DNA of 64,000 bases. It comes from Phoronis australis. Taxonomy: Eukaryota > Animalia > Phoronida. Positions 52,819 to 64,000 of this stretch are shown here, in pieces (within the stretch, counting starts at the first letter, position 1; each line of letters begins with the position of its first letter). The stretch is taken from the NCBI GenBank assembly GCA_002633005.1, contig NMRA01000167.1, forward strand, positions 674,460-738,459, written 5' to 3'. The notes under the pieces were generated by a model. The model had not been told where the DNA came from. It was given only the letters and a program-made list of their open reading frames with translations, and did not search any database. The translations under genes and the position numbers were made by a program.

Positions 52819-53196
52819 ATGCAGACCAATAAGAACAAAGCGTCTTCTTCTGGAACAGATCCTGCCACTCACTCATCCTTCACTGAGCAGCACATTCAGG
52901 GCTTCACCTTTTCATCTTGGAGCCTGGGTACTCCTGCTATCTTCTTTGCTCCGTTCAAGCCTATACAGAGATACATCGAGAAGAGCAGAAATAGGAGAAA
53001 GGAAGAGATGGAGTCCCTATGTGGCTATAGTGTTGTTGATGGAATGGATTGTTGGGAACCGGCTGAGGATGGATGTCAAATGCTTTTGGATGAACCGAGT
53101 AAACACAAGAGGCAAAAACGAAGAAAGGGACTTGGTTTAAAGAGGAAGTTGAGGAGACTGATGTGTTCGGACACCAAATCACAAGCCAAGGATTAG
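52819..53196 (+). CDS. Orphan 125-aa ORF with basic C-terminal cluster
   Basis: Acceptor TTTTGTTTTGCAG at 52715 upstream; purine-rich coding-like composition against AT-rich flanks; KHKRQKRRKGLGLKRKLRR; no family recognised. Confidence 0.45.
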   Translation: MQTNKNKASSSGTDPATHSSFTEQHIQGFTFSSWSLGTPAIFFAPFKPIQRYIEKSRNRRKEEMESLCGYSVVDGMDCWEPAEDGCQMLLDEPSKHKRQKRRKGLGLKRKLRRLMCSDTKSQAKD

Positions 53197-53768
53197 TCGG
53201 ATTAGTCTTTGGTGGCACTGAAATTGATTCATTTTCCTGGGTTAGCTGGTTCAACCCTTTGGAATATTGTGACTGCTTATTGAGCATGGCTTCTAGCTTT
53301 TAAACTACTCAGATACATTGTATATCTGAAATGTTGTTTTTGTAAATCATTTATTCCTGATTTTCAACTGTATCCATTTTCTGTAATAACAGGCATGAAA
53401 TCTGAAATACAGCTGTTAAACACTTTAATCATTAAATTTTTAATCAGGTGAATAGTCAGTTTGTCCAATTGCAACAGATTGTTATATTTCGACATCGTAC
53501 AATATTAATTATGATAGTTATTGAAATGTTGTGATTGTTGATTTAATTTAGAGACTTCATAAAGTGTTGTCACCAGGATTTTTGAAAATTGTAGGCCCCA
53601 CACTCAAATTTTGACCTTCAATTGTTAGTTGACCCCCATGCTCCATTTTTATTTATTGTCATGAACCAATTTTGAATAACTGCTGGCAGTGCTTTTCAAT
53701 AGTTCACACATCGTGTGAAACGTTGAGTCACAAGTCTTAATGAATTTTTTGCTGTCAAAATCTTTCCA

Positions 53769-54145
53769 TTTTTAGGGAGCCACACTCATATGTAGGGTTG
53801 GCTGGCACATTATGCTGTAATCCTCTCCGTTCGTCTGTCAATCCATGAATCCATCCGTTCTGAGGCTCATTATAGATCTTCAGTTAAGTTCCTTGATTGA
53901 ACTAAATGAAATCTATATATGTCAATGTTTCATTGTTCAACTGAAATGTATTTTTGGTATAATTCCAATAATCGTGTTATGCTCTTGTGGCAACTTTTGT
54001 TTTTCTTTGCATGCTTTGATATATAAAGTACCTAGTTCCTTGCTTGATATTGATGCAATTGGCATATAAGTTACTATTTTAAAAGTAGGTGACAGCACTT
54101 GCCTAATGTTTAAGATACAATGCACCCCCTAGTGGCCTTTTGTTG
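53769..54145 (+). mobile_element. Short HINE/Helentron-like element (similar decayed one at about 55930-56350)
   Basis: T-rich start, TCCGTTCGTCTGTC..TCCATCCGT microsatellite, 3' GC-rich stem then TTTGTT. Confidence 0.45.
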
Positions 54146-56991
54146 TTTTTGGTTATGTTCTTTGTCTCCCACCTAAATTTTTTCCTCCTGCTAAAGCTTA
54201 GAGTATAGTGAACAGTAACATCAGTTGAGAGCATCCCTGTGACCCCACCAGTACCATAAATCACCAAATATATTGAACTGCTTGCGTTAACTTTGTCTAT
54301 GTCATCACTGATGAGAATCCCTTTTACCTAATTCAAACGTCTATTGAATCCCCTATCCAATTCTTTTCAACCTTTTGTTGTTTGTGCTGGGGGTCTCGCA
54401 ATGACGCAATGGCACGAAAAGGCAACTTTGACACTTACTTGACGTGCCTACATTTACACGTTTTTTAGTTTAAGGCTTTGCCCAGGAATATCTGGTTAGC
54501 CCTATAAATCTAACAAAATTCCAATGAAGTTATGCTTTAATTTCATTGTATGATGAATTGTGGGAGTTGTGTTTCTATCAAGGAGAAGATAACTGACTTG
54601 CTTTTCATCGCATGCAGGTTATTGTAAGTTTACTAGCAGTGTAGGTATAACTATTTAAAAAAATATACTTTACAGTCAAAATGACGTTTTTAGATAGGTT
54701 ATGTCTTCTATTGTTTACCTGAATCCTCTGAGCACTCATTGTCTCAGAGCTCCATAAAATGTCAATCCCTCATTGTGGTTGTGTTGGTCACTCGCGCTGG
54801 TGCAGCTGGCCAAGTTGGTGCCACATGTGTTTGATAGGGTTCAAGTCTGGGCTGCATGCAGACCATTCCATTATCTGTGTACTCCCACGTGGCGCAAATG
54901 GTCTGTCACAAGCCTAGGGGTGAACTTTGTCATCTTGGAAGGTGGAATTAGTTCTCATACGTTGAAGAGTAGTGATTGCCTCTGACTGCAGGATGTCGTC
55001 TCGGTATTTTTTTTAAATTTAGGTTGTCATGAATGGTGGTGACATTGCCTGGCAAAAACGGGGAAATTTGCCACATTCACTTTAAGACTAAGCCTTCTTT
55101 GGCAGCAAAGTTACTGAGCACTTTTTATCAAAAGTTTATTGACAAAATGTAGGATTGCTGGAAAGGGGAATGGCGGAGCTTTCTACTGGTATGCTGTAGG
55201 ATATAAATAAACCATAAGTAATGAAAACACGGACAAGTTTACACAATTTTCCTAGCTTTTGTTGAGGTGTTCATATTGCTTTACAGTCAAAATGACATTT
55301 TTAAATAATGTTTACCTGAATCCTCTGAGCAGAGTTCAATCATTGTCGGGAGAGGTCCATAAAATATACATCCCTCAAGTGAAATGTGGTGACTTGGGCA
55401 GATAGCTGATCAAGAAGGAACTTAGTACATAATTATTATTTTAGTTTTTTGTACACAACTGAAATGTTTAGTTTCCACATCTGATTTTATGTTTGGCAGA
55501 AATGCGTGAACATTTCTCAGATGACTGTGTACACCTTACTCGCCAAAGTCACAGACAAAAATTGACAGCCTCTCACTTGAAATTGTCAACATTTTCTACC
55601 AGAGTAGACTAGAGTTTCAGTCCTCCGTCAAGGTTAGCATAAACCTGTGGATTCCCCTTTCTCATTAATTAAATTATGTGAAGTTATGTGCTGTGATTCT
55701 TTTCTCATCCACTCAGCTCCTATAAATGCCAACATTTCCCCATGAACTCTGAGAGCAGAAAAGCAAGGTTTATCATGCCTAAAGTACAGTACGTCATCTT
55801 CAGTAGCTGCTGTTGCAGTAGTCATATTTACTGTGGTCCTGGTAATACAATAGTCATGGTTGCATACAGTCAGCATGCCCGTGTTCTTTGACATTATGAA
55901 ACACATCTCACAGTGTCCATGCTAGGGTAAAATTTTACTAACTTCAGACCAAAAAGATTGGCATGGTTGGTATGATTGGCGTCCATCCATTTGTTTCGCG
56001 TCTGTCCCGGGTCTGCAGCTGTATTTCCTAAACTGCTCGTAAGATCGACATGAAATTTTGGAGATGTGTGTTTCTATGAAGGTGATGATGAGTTATGACG
56101 ACTTTTGTACAAAGTCAGCTCTGATATTTTCCATCTATAGAGTAAATTCCACTTGGAGACTATAGTTAAAACTGTCATGCATACTTCTCTAGTATCCCTG
56201 ACTTTTGGCGGTCTGCGTTGTTCCACTTTTTTAAGATTTCCCGTTCCACCACACCATCATAATATGCGCCACTTTTTGACAGACGTGACAAAATTTACAA
56301 CTGTTTGCCTATTTTTGGACAGTTCTGACTTTTGCTGTTCCCCCTAGTTGTAGTTGTATTGGATAACATGATTTCTAAAGTCTATTTGTCAGTTTACTCC
56401 AATCTGTTGGTCTGTTTACATGACGAATTGTTTCTGTCAGCCATGTCTCTTTTTGTCTTTAGGTGTTACAGCGATTGCACAGGTATCTGGTACTGTGATG
56501 GGAGATTGCATTGTCCCTGGTACATATTGCGGTTTGAACATGGTACCTCTCGCTTGTCAATCGTACTCTTTTTAGGAATGCTATGACATGTGAAGATGAC
56601 CTGGGAAATGACTGGCCTTAAAATGCTGCGCCAGTGGCAATGAGTTAAAGACTAGTGTAAAACTAATAGATTTCAAGGATGGTGTTACTAATAACATCAC
56701 CTCAAAATTTGCAGATATCTTTATTGGACAATAAAGTGTTCATTTTCGATGTCGGCCTCTGCCATTAACCCTTGCATGGTTAAGGCAGCACTGGCATGGA
56801 TTATTGGATGGATCTGATTGCTGTTGTGATGCCCTGATTGTAATTTAGTTCTATTTAGAGCAATTACCAGAAATGCATTTCTCAATTTCCCAGGTGATGA
56901 CGACTGCACAATTAAGGCCCCTATATCTTTGCCATTTTTCTATCAATGTCTTTTATAATCCATTCAGTATGAGTATAATATAAAAATAAAG

Positions 56992-57209
56992 AGCAATGTT
57001 TCGCCAGCGTCCGCTGGCTTTTTCAAGCCTGTGTGACCTCTGGGGGATTAGGTTGGAGTTGATTAAATCATCAGGTGCGTGATCGATTGAATCACACCTG
57101 CCGGTCAGGACTCTGACTTAAGTTTCCCACCAATTTGCTCAACTCCGACCTAATCCACCAGAGGTCGCACAGGCTTGAAAAAGCCAGCAGATGCTGACGA
57201 ATTGTTGCC
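56992..57209. repeat. About 220-bp palindrome resembling inverted Penelope-like termini
   Basis: GCAATGTTTCGCCAGCGTCCGCTGGCTTTTTCAAGCCTGTGTGACCTCTGG...GGAGTTGA pairs with TCAACTCC...CCAGAGGTCGCACAGGCTTGAAAAAGCCAGCAGATGCTGACGAATTGTTGC. Confidence 0.8.
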
Positions 57210-57429
57210 CTTTTATTTCAGATAAGTTAAGTAAATAACGACTCATAATTTTCTGTGTATTTGTCATCTCTGATGCACAAGGTTGGGTGCAGGTGAACAG
57301 CCTGCATTGCCCTTAATTCCTCAAAACATTACCTTGTGCTATGTATAATATGTTATGGGAAGGTGGAAGGCTTATAGGAGTGGGTAATACATTTGTAAAA
57401 TCCCACTGAATGGATGTTTAAGCAATTAA

Positions 57430-58650
57430 AGGAGAATGCCACCCGATTTAATTAGACATTTTTGCCGTCTTAAGCAGTCTATATCCACATCGCCTCGCAC
57501 ACGGTCGATCTTACCTTGCCAAGAGGTGTCGCGTTAAGCTGTGAGGAACATGAGAAACGACGCTAGCGACGTCAGTGGTTCATATGCAGAGAGAATGCCG
57601 CTGTGTTGTGGTGCATCGTTCCCGCTTGTCCGAACTAGGCAGCTGTGAAGAAATCGGGTATATCGGGTTTTTTACTTCCTCGAGAGTCCGAAATGTTTGG
57701 GAAGTGGCTCATGGTAGTGAAGAATGAATTGTACGCTGTAAATAGCAAGTATGAGGCCGTGAAACAACTCCGTGTCTGTGGCCTGCAGACATCGACAGTG
57801 CCTGACGGAATGCCGGCTTACCGGCCAAATAACTCCATACGTTCCGTTGTCTGAGCTAGTTCACGAAGCCTCTCTAGTATTTCTTCATCACTGTATTCCT
57901 GTTCGAATTGATAGCCTGTAAAACTTAACGATCCACCTGCGAAGTCGGGACTGATGAGCTCTAGCTCGTCCTAAGTTGGGATTGCGAGTTGCCATGTTGG
58001 TATTTATTACTGAGCGTTCTGTTTTTAAATGAATTATTCTCACCCTAACCAATACTTACATAAAACTGAAACAAAGTCTATCTCATTAGATGCAGTTTGT
58101 AATGCCTTTGGAGTGTTCGTGAGTGCAAATGATGTGAGAAGCCAGCAATGAATAAATCACTGCGTTTCCGGCTTTAGGTGCAATAAAACCAATTGACGGG
58201 ACACCGCGAGGCCGTGTGAGCTCATGCTAATTTAGTGTTTGCTGGCAGAAACTGTTGTGAAACAACTTGATTTCCATCCCACGGCCAGGTGCTAGGGGAA
58301 TCTTTATTTACATTTACATTACTCAAATAATGATTGTCAATGTACAACAGTTCTGACCTAACGGGGCTGTGGCCTAAGCGGAACCTGACTTCGCGCGGTC
58401 CTCGACGAGTAAGTAGATTTGCAGTTTCATGGCTAATTCACCAACATAATCGTGTGCACACTACAGTATAGTATTTTCTTGACTGGAAGTTTAGTTTCCA
58501 CTGAACTTTGGCTGGTTTATGTTCGTGATGTCTGATCAGTTTCCGAGCCACTGGCTGGGATAACGAGTCAATCCGGCCAGCCGCTACGGGCCAGATCGGG
58601 TTCCGAGCCACTGGCCAGGATAACAACCATTTTGTGTTTAGAACTCAAAA
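57430..58650 (-). mobile_element. Kolobok-like DNA transposon fragment
   Basis: TTAA|AGGAGAA terminus at 57426-57436; CpG-rich interior; minus-strand TGYQFEQEYSDEEILERL (about 57865-57920) resembles the YQFEP-acidic N-terminus of Kolobok accessory proteins; other end not found. Confidence 0.4.
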
Positions 58651-58787
58651 AATCACAAGTCTAAACAACACAGATCTAGGTTCTCCTGTCTGTATCTCAT
58701 AATAATTGTATCAAATTTTTGTAAAGCAAGACAAAACTTAAAGTAAATTACAGTATCTCTCCATGTCTGCTAGCAGTTATTGCTCAG

Positions 58788-58865
58788 GTTTTACATCACC
58801 CGATTCTATAATCATAGTTACTGTTTTACATCACCCGATTCTATAATCATAGTTACTGTTTTACA
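58788..58865 (+). repeat. 35-bp tandem duplication
   Basis: GTTTTACATCACCCGATTCTATAATCATAGTTACT twice, perfect. Confidence 0.95.
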
Positions 58866-59089
58866 AACAGTTCGTGCATTAATGACTCCCTGTGATGGAG
58901 TAAGTGTTTGTCTCAAACCACCAGTTTGAAATTTGGCCAAGACCACATCTGCCTTTTGTCAGAATATGAGAGAAGGGGTCTTGCCTGAAATACTTTTCGG
59001 TGTGCTATTTTGCGGCTGTCGCGTGATTTTCAGACATTGGTTGTCCCCTTGTAGCAGTCAAAAGATCCACCCCCGAATTTACTTTACAG

Positions 59090-59342
59090 ATGCTGCTCAA
59101 AGGTACATAGAAAGAAAACTCAACAAAGCTAAGCACTTTGTGGCGTCGAGCAAAGCATGGCTGAATGCAATACCTACGAAGGATACAGACGTCGTAGTCC
59201 TGTTTCCGCCATCGACCGATGACAGCACCCTCGAGTGGCTGTTATCGAAACTGAAGTCTCGAGTTCCAGCCCTACAAGTGCAAGTTGTGCAACATGGTAG
59301 CACCAAGACGTCTGCCTTTTATTTGACTACTTCCTATCCAGA
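59090..59342 (+). CDS. ANO8: Anoctamin-8 (TMEM16H) internal exon
   Basis: SSKAWLNAIPTKDTDVVVLFPPSTDDSTLEWLL matches ANO8 SHKAWMKTVPTENCDVLMTFPDTTDDHTLLWLL; acceptor TTTACAG|, donor GA|GTAAGT. Confidence 0.93.
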
Positions 59343-61041
59343 GTAAGTGGTTCAAGCTATTGAAACCTGGTTTCCGTGTAAAATAATATCTTTGTTAGGT
59401 TTCACACCATTGTGAAATAGTCTTGCCTTAATGCACTCTCATATCAAAAGCGCTGTTATGTTAATTGGTTTGGGAAGAATGGAAAATGGCGCAGGACCTG
59501 AGACTGAATAAGTTGGTTTGCTGGTCAGGTGTTCCAAGAAACTGACTTAAAAATTCCTATTTACTTAAGTCTAAGATTAAGTCAGAAGTCAAAGTTAAAC
59601 TTAAGATTTTTTGTGTTTTGTATTTTTTGCTGAAGGAGAGTGAACATTTAAAACCTGAAAAGAATCCATCAGGCTGGCTGCCTGGAGTCTTCTGTTCGAA
59701 TTATAATTATAATTATACTCTTACTTAATGATTGGCTAACAAAACTGCGTGATCTTATTTTATCATGTCATTGGATGATACAATCTGATCATAGAAATTT
59801 CCAGAATTCTTACATTACACAAAACATTGGTTTTCAAAGATCCAACTGCTCAGAATTTGAAGAATGCGTACTAAGTCTACTTTACGGGTTTTGGGATTGT
59901 CTCCCTGTAGCATGTTTTCAATTTGATTTTTTATTTCAGCGCTTAGTTGTAAGCTTGTTATTTTATGCGATTTGACTAAGTGACTAAAAGTGACTCGAGA
60001 CATAAGACATTTGATCTCAAGCTTCACTCCAGTTTCTCAGTTGATGAAGAAAGATTTAGCAAAGTAGTTGTGAGTTCACAGTTTAGGAGTAATTTTTAGA
60101 AATGATCTGATTCGTTAGCAGTTATTTTAATTTTCTCAGAGTCCTTAGACTCTCGCACAAGAGAGATTCAACTGTTTTTCAAAAACAGTTGTGCGGAGTG
60201 TTATACCATATTTCTGACTTAAGTCTTATTTCACTTTTCATGAAACTGAGCCTTGGTGTCAAAAATATCAGTTCTTTCTTCTCGGGCATATACTTGCTCT
60301 TCCCTTTAGGAACATCCTCATTCTTAATCTTATACTTTGCTCAATTGAAACTGACTACAGTTTCACCCCCAGATATCCCCTGAATGGCAACTGAAACAAA
60401 CCCGCCACAAAACAATGAATTGCCAACATTCTTTTGAAACCTGGAGTAAGGAACAAGATGTGTGTTTTTAAGGAGAAGCGGGCAGGTTTAGTTGCACCTT
60501 TTCAAGTGTTTTGCGACCATGTCTTGGGGTCCCTTTGATATTGGATATTGAAACTTGTACAAAAAAGTGAATTTTTAAGTTGGGCTTTACGCAGTGCAGT
60601 GTCTCGTGTCTTTAGTTTGTTGCCCCATATGATATATAAAGTGCATATGGCGTATGCAATTTCTCATTTTCAAATATTTGAATGAAAGGAAACCTTACAA
60701 AGTAGCTAAGTTTACTTAAGTGATAACAACTGTAAGAATTTGTGATGTTAACTTGCCGTGTTATCATATAGCAGCTCTATGATAGGCAAAAGGATTGCTC
60801 AACTTTCCAATATTTCAAGGTCAATGTTTTGACCCTATATTGCTCAAATTTTTAAAAAAACGTTGATTTAGAATGTTCATCAGATTCCATAAAACAAGAA
60901 TGAAATAAAGCTTGCTTACTATAAAATTTTCTGGGTGCATATGACAAGATAGTGCCCATAAAATTCCAAATTTTCTGAAACAATACTGTGTTAAAAGTGC
61001 AACAAACCTCTCACAGCTTTTGTCATAAAACATCCTTTTTT

Positions 61042-61906
61042 TCTTTTTTTAATTTTTTTTTTAAACATTTTATTTCTAAATACACTAATATTTACAAACA
61101 ATAAGATCTTTCCAAATGAAACACAGGCACACACACACGCACACACACACACATATCTAAATTACAGAAATTCACGGTTGGTCTAAAATAAATAGGCATT
61201 GATGGTTTCCCAAAAGGCAGTTTTGCGGGGTTGTATATTCCTTACTTTACAGTAATTATACAAGAAACATTGAAATTGTGAATATTTAGGAATAATCTGG
61301 CTTCTAGAACATTTGTGGATGAAATACTGGCAAATAGTTAATATGGTATTGATATCTTCAAAATTACATCCAAAATATGCTGTCAGAATAACATTTCTAT
61401 CCAAGACTAAATCGTGTTGTGCAGTTACGTAAATTAAAAGTTTCTGAATTTCACACCACAAAGTTTTCACAGAACCACATTCCACAAACATATGGTTAAA
61501 AGTCTCAACAGTTCCACAAGATGCACACTTGTCATCACTGACTAAGTTCAACTTTTTCAAAATAAGTTTTGTAAACACTTTTCTATGAATATAGAAGTAC
61601 TTAAAGGTTTTAACATAAGGAGGTAACAAGAGTTTGTGTGGAAGAACATAAATTTGTTTAATTCGTTGTCTAGAGTAAATGTCAGTTAAGCTGTATTCTA
61701 TATCAGGAGGCAAAACAATTTTGGAAAGCAAAATATTTTTAGAAAACAAATTAGTAATTTGGCTTGACTGGGGATGTATGCATTTTGAAATTGAAGGATC
61801 AGCTTTCAACTTAATCGCACGTCTCAAAGCAGCATAATGAATCCAATTTGAAAGCTTATATCTATTTTTCAAAACCTCCCAAGTCAGAAATTTATTTTCA
61901 AAGTTC
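61042..61906 (-). mobile_element. Young 5'-truncated L1/Tx1-type LINE in an ANO8 intron, antisense
   Basis: Open ORF2 end with DDKCASCGTVETFNHMFVEC..W zinc motif, AATAAA and A-rich tail on the minus strand, perfect 14-bp TSD AAACATCCTTTTTT at 61028-61041 and 61907-61920. Confidence 0.9.
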
Positions 61907-62285
61907 AAACATCCTTTTTTAGTTTGGCCACTGACCATTGTAAAATCGGTCTGGTCCTATCCTTTACCGGGATTGGAAAACATTTCTTGGCTTAAAAGAA
62001 ACTTATTTAATAAGAATTTGTTCCTGCCTCAGATCATGCTCAATAGTTAACATATCACGAGAGGTTCATTTCAACAGCAAAGTGGGTTTCAGTGAAATAC
62101 CAGGCATTTTACTGGTAAGTAAACATAAATTTCTACAATGGAAAAATGTAGAGTGCGGTGACGTTTCTTTGAAAAATCAACAATATGCCTGTGAAGAAAT
62201 AAATATATTTTTTTACTTGTCTAGCATGTTGAATGGTGGCTTATACAGTCTTGGCCATTATATGTACAATGTCTACTTATTTAAG

Positions 62286-62521
62286 ATTTCTACTAAAGGC
62301 TGAACAGCTTGGTTTTCAAAAGCCATTGAAGCCAGAGTTTGGGGGAGGCTATCGCGAGTTCTGTTTCGAAGATCAAGACGACTTCCTTGGCATCGAAGAT
62401 GCTAAGCATTTCCTGTCAAGCTTAGAGAGACAGACTATCATCCGTGATCTTCTAATGGGACTCAAGGCACAAGCTGGTGATGAGCTGGGGAGTATCACCT
62501 TTTTGGAGGAACGTGCAATCA
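62286..62521 (+). CDS. ANO8: Anoctamin-8 next exon; the gene continues beyond the window
   Basis: FLLKAEQLGFQKPLKPEFGGGYREF..FLSSLERQTII matches ANO8 LLRGADELGLRKAVKAEFGGGTRGF..FFTSQERQSII; TAAG| acceptor phase 2 fits the previous donor; donor A|GTGAGT. Confidence 0.93.
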
Positions 62522-63310
62522 GTGAGTTGCATTCGAATGTATCGTTTCATTCAATGATACTTCATTGTTTTTACCCATTGACTTCTGAACAGATATGAAT
62601 CACCTGATTGTTTGTTTATCTCTCAGAATACTGTTTGGTTGATGAGGGCAAGTGGAATTCCTTGCTTTGGCGACTGAGTGAAAATGTAATTCGGGATTGC
62701 CGAGACGACATGCCATAGGTCATATACTGTGTTGACGTAATCAAGTTGTGCACTGTATGAGTAACATTGTATGAGCTAGGCCAAAACATTTTAGAGCTGA
62801 CCTTCGACAGCCAGTTGCTTTCCAAAGAATAGTTTAATTTGTCTTTTTAAAAGTTGGCAAATGTTTGGAACGGTGTGAGTGGTAAGCTTTCAATGTAGCT
62901 TCGCACCTGTTTTCCAGCTGGGTTTCACCACAACGCCAAAAAGCTAGACTTAGTTTATTGGAATTTGTCAACCATTTTGTGTGACTGCTGTTAGTGGCAG
63001 TTACATTATTTCTGAAGTGCCTTGTTACCTCAAAGTGTACCACTGAAAGTCCATAATCCTATTGCCACCAGTGCTCCTGTTAGTCTCAAACTCAGATTCT
63101 ACTTAGCACTTAAGTGTGGGGAAGATCTCAAAAGTGATGCACTTTGGTCAGATTTTTACCAACTAAACGTTGAACTGATTTGCATGCATATTTCAGCTCT
63201 AAATTTTTCTGGTTTTTCTCTCATTGTCTTTAGTTTCACCAGACAACTTTGTGATGCTAAAAACATCATACTTGCTTGTTACTCTCGCTTGAGCTTGAAG
63301 AATCTCTTTA

Positions 63311-63893
63311 TGCTTTTAATCCCACTGAATGAACCTACTTAATGATTGCTCAGAGAGCATCATTTTACCCTATGCATGCCTCAATGTGCAATGCCTCTCT
63401 GAAAATACAGTCACGCAATTTACTAATCTATGACTTGCAGCAATGTTTTTTGCTTGACTCTTGGTGATGAATAGTATTTTGGGTAAATACCCGGATATGC
63501 TTTTAAATGGCCACTCTCAGCACTGCTGAGGTCCTCACTGTCAATTCACTTTGCATCTATCAGGGTTGTTCCAGTAAAATCTGTGTGGGAGGGGGGGGGG
63601 CAGNTGCTTTTAATCCCACTGAATGAACCTACTTAATGATTGCTCAGAGAGCATCATTTTACCCTATGCATGCCTCAATGCGGAATGCCTCTCTGAAAAT
63701 ACAGTCACGCAATTTACTAATCTATGACTTGCAGCAATGTGTTTTGCTTGACTCTTGGTGATGAATAGTATTTTGGGTAAATACCCGGATATGCTAAAAT
63801 GGCCACTCTCAGCACTGCTGAGGTCCTCACTGTCAATTCACTTTGCATCTATCAGGGCTGTTCCAGTAAAATCTGTGTGGGAGGGGGGGGGCA
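63311..63893 (+). repeat. About 290-bp direct duplication joined by an N (probable assembly artefact)
   Basis: 63311-63603 and 63605-63893 are nearly identical; N at 63604. Confidence 0.85.
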
Positions 63894-64000
63894 GCAGTAG
63901 AAATAAAAATTCATGGGTGGTGGTCTTCAGAAAAAAAAAATATGGGTGGTCATTCCTGTAAGAAGTGATGTATTAAAAATGGGTGGTATTTTTTGACCTG

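Noticed and set aside
54300-54345. CTGATGA hammerhead-like core
   Set aside because: The GAAA half is broken (TTCAAAC) and the stems are not convincing; at best a dead Penelope remnant.
58933-59089. N-terminal part of ORF 58933-59346 as the ANO8 start
   Set aside because: Similarity to ANO8 begins at the acceptor at 59090; upstream sequence looks intronic.
63311-63893. Tandem duplication as a biological event
   Set aside because: The junction is an N after a G homopolymer and the copies differ at only a few sites, typical of unmerged haplotype or contig overlap.

Overview
Animal genomic DNA, AT-rich and intron-containing; the repeat content suggests a marine invertebrate, but the taxon cannot be fixed from sequence. 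Bases 1-38 kb hold a tandem duplication of a two-exon gene: signal peptide, divergent PEBP(4)-like domain, one Sushi/CCP module, Ser/Thr mucin stalk and a hydrophobic GPI-type tail. Copy A (3720-12483) carries a 2-bp frameshift. Copy B (16033-37260, about 440 aa) looks intact, and its single intron has swollen to about 19.9 kb through nested retroelements and DNA transposons. Bases 45-64 kb hold a PET117-like gene on the minus strand, apparently head-to-head with the 5' exons of anoctamin-8 (ANO8), plus an orphan 125-aa ORF in the probable ANO8 intron 1. The rest is decayed CR1/L2-, L1/Tx1-, Loa/R1-like, Gypsy, Penelope-, Academ-, Kolobok-, hAT/Harbinger-MITE and Helentron-like repeats. The most striking non-genic signal is about 27 copies of TACATGTA, several demonstrably 6-bp insertions at TA sites (likely transposon excision footprints), all seen in the first 45 kb. 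All calls are by-eye motif recognition; no searches were run.
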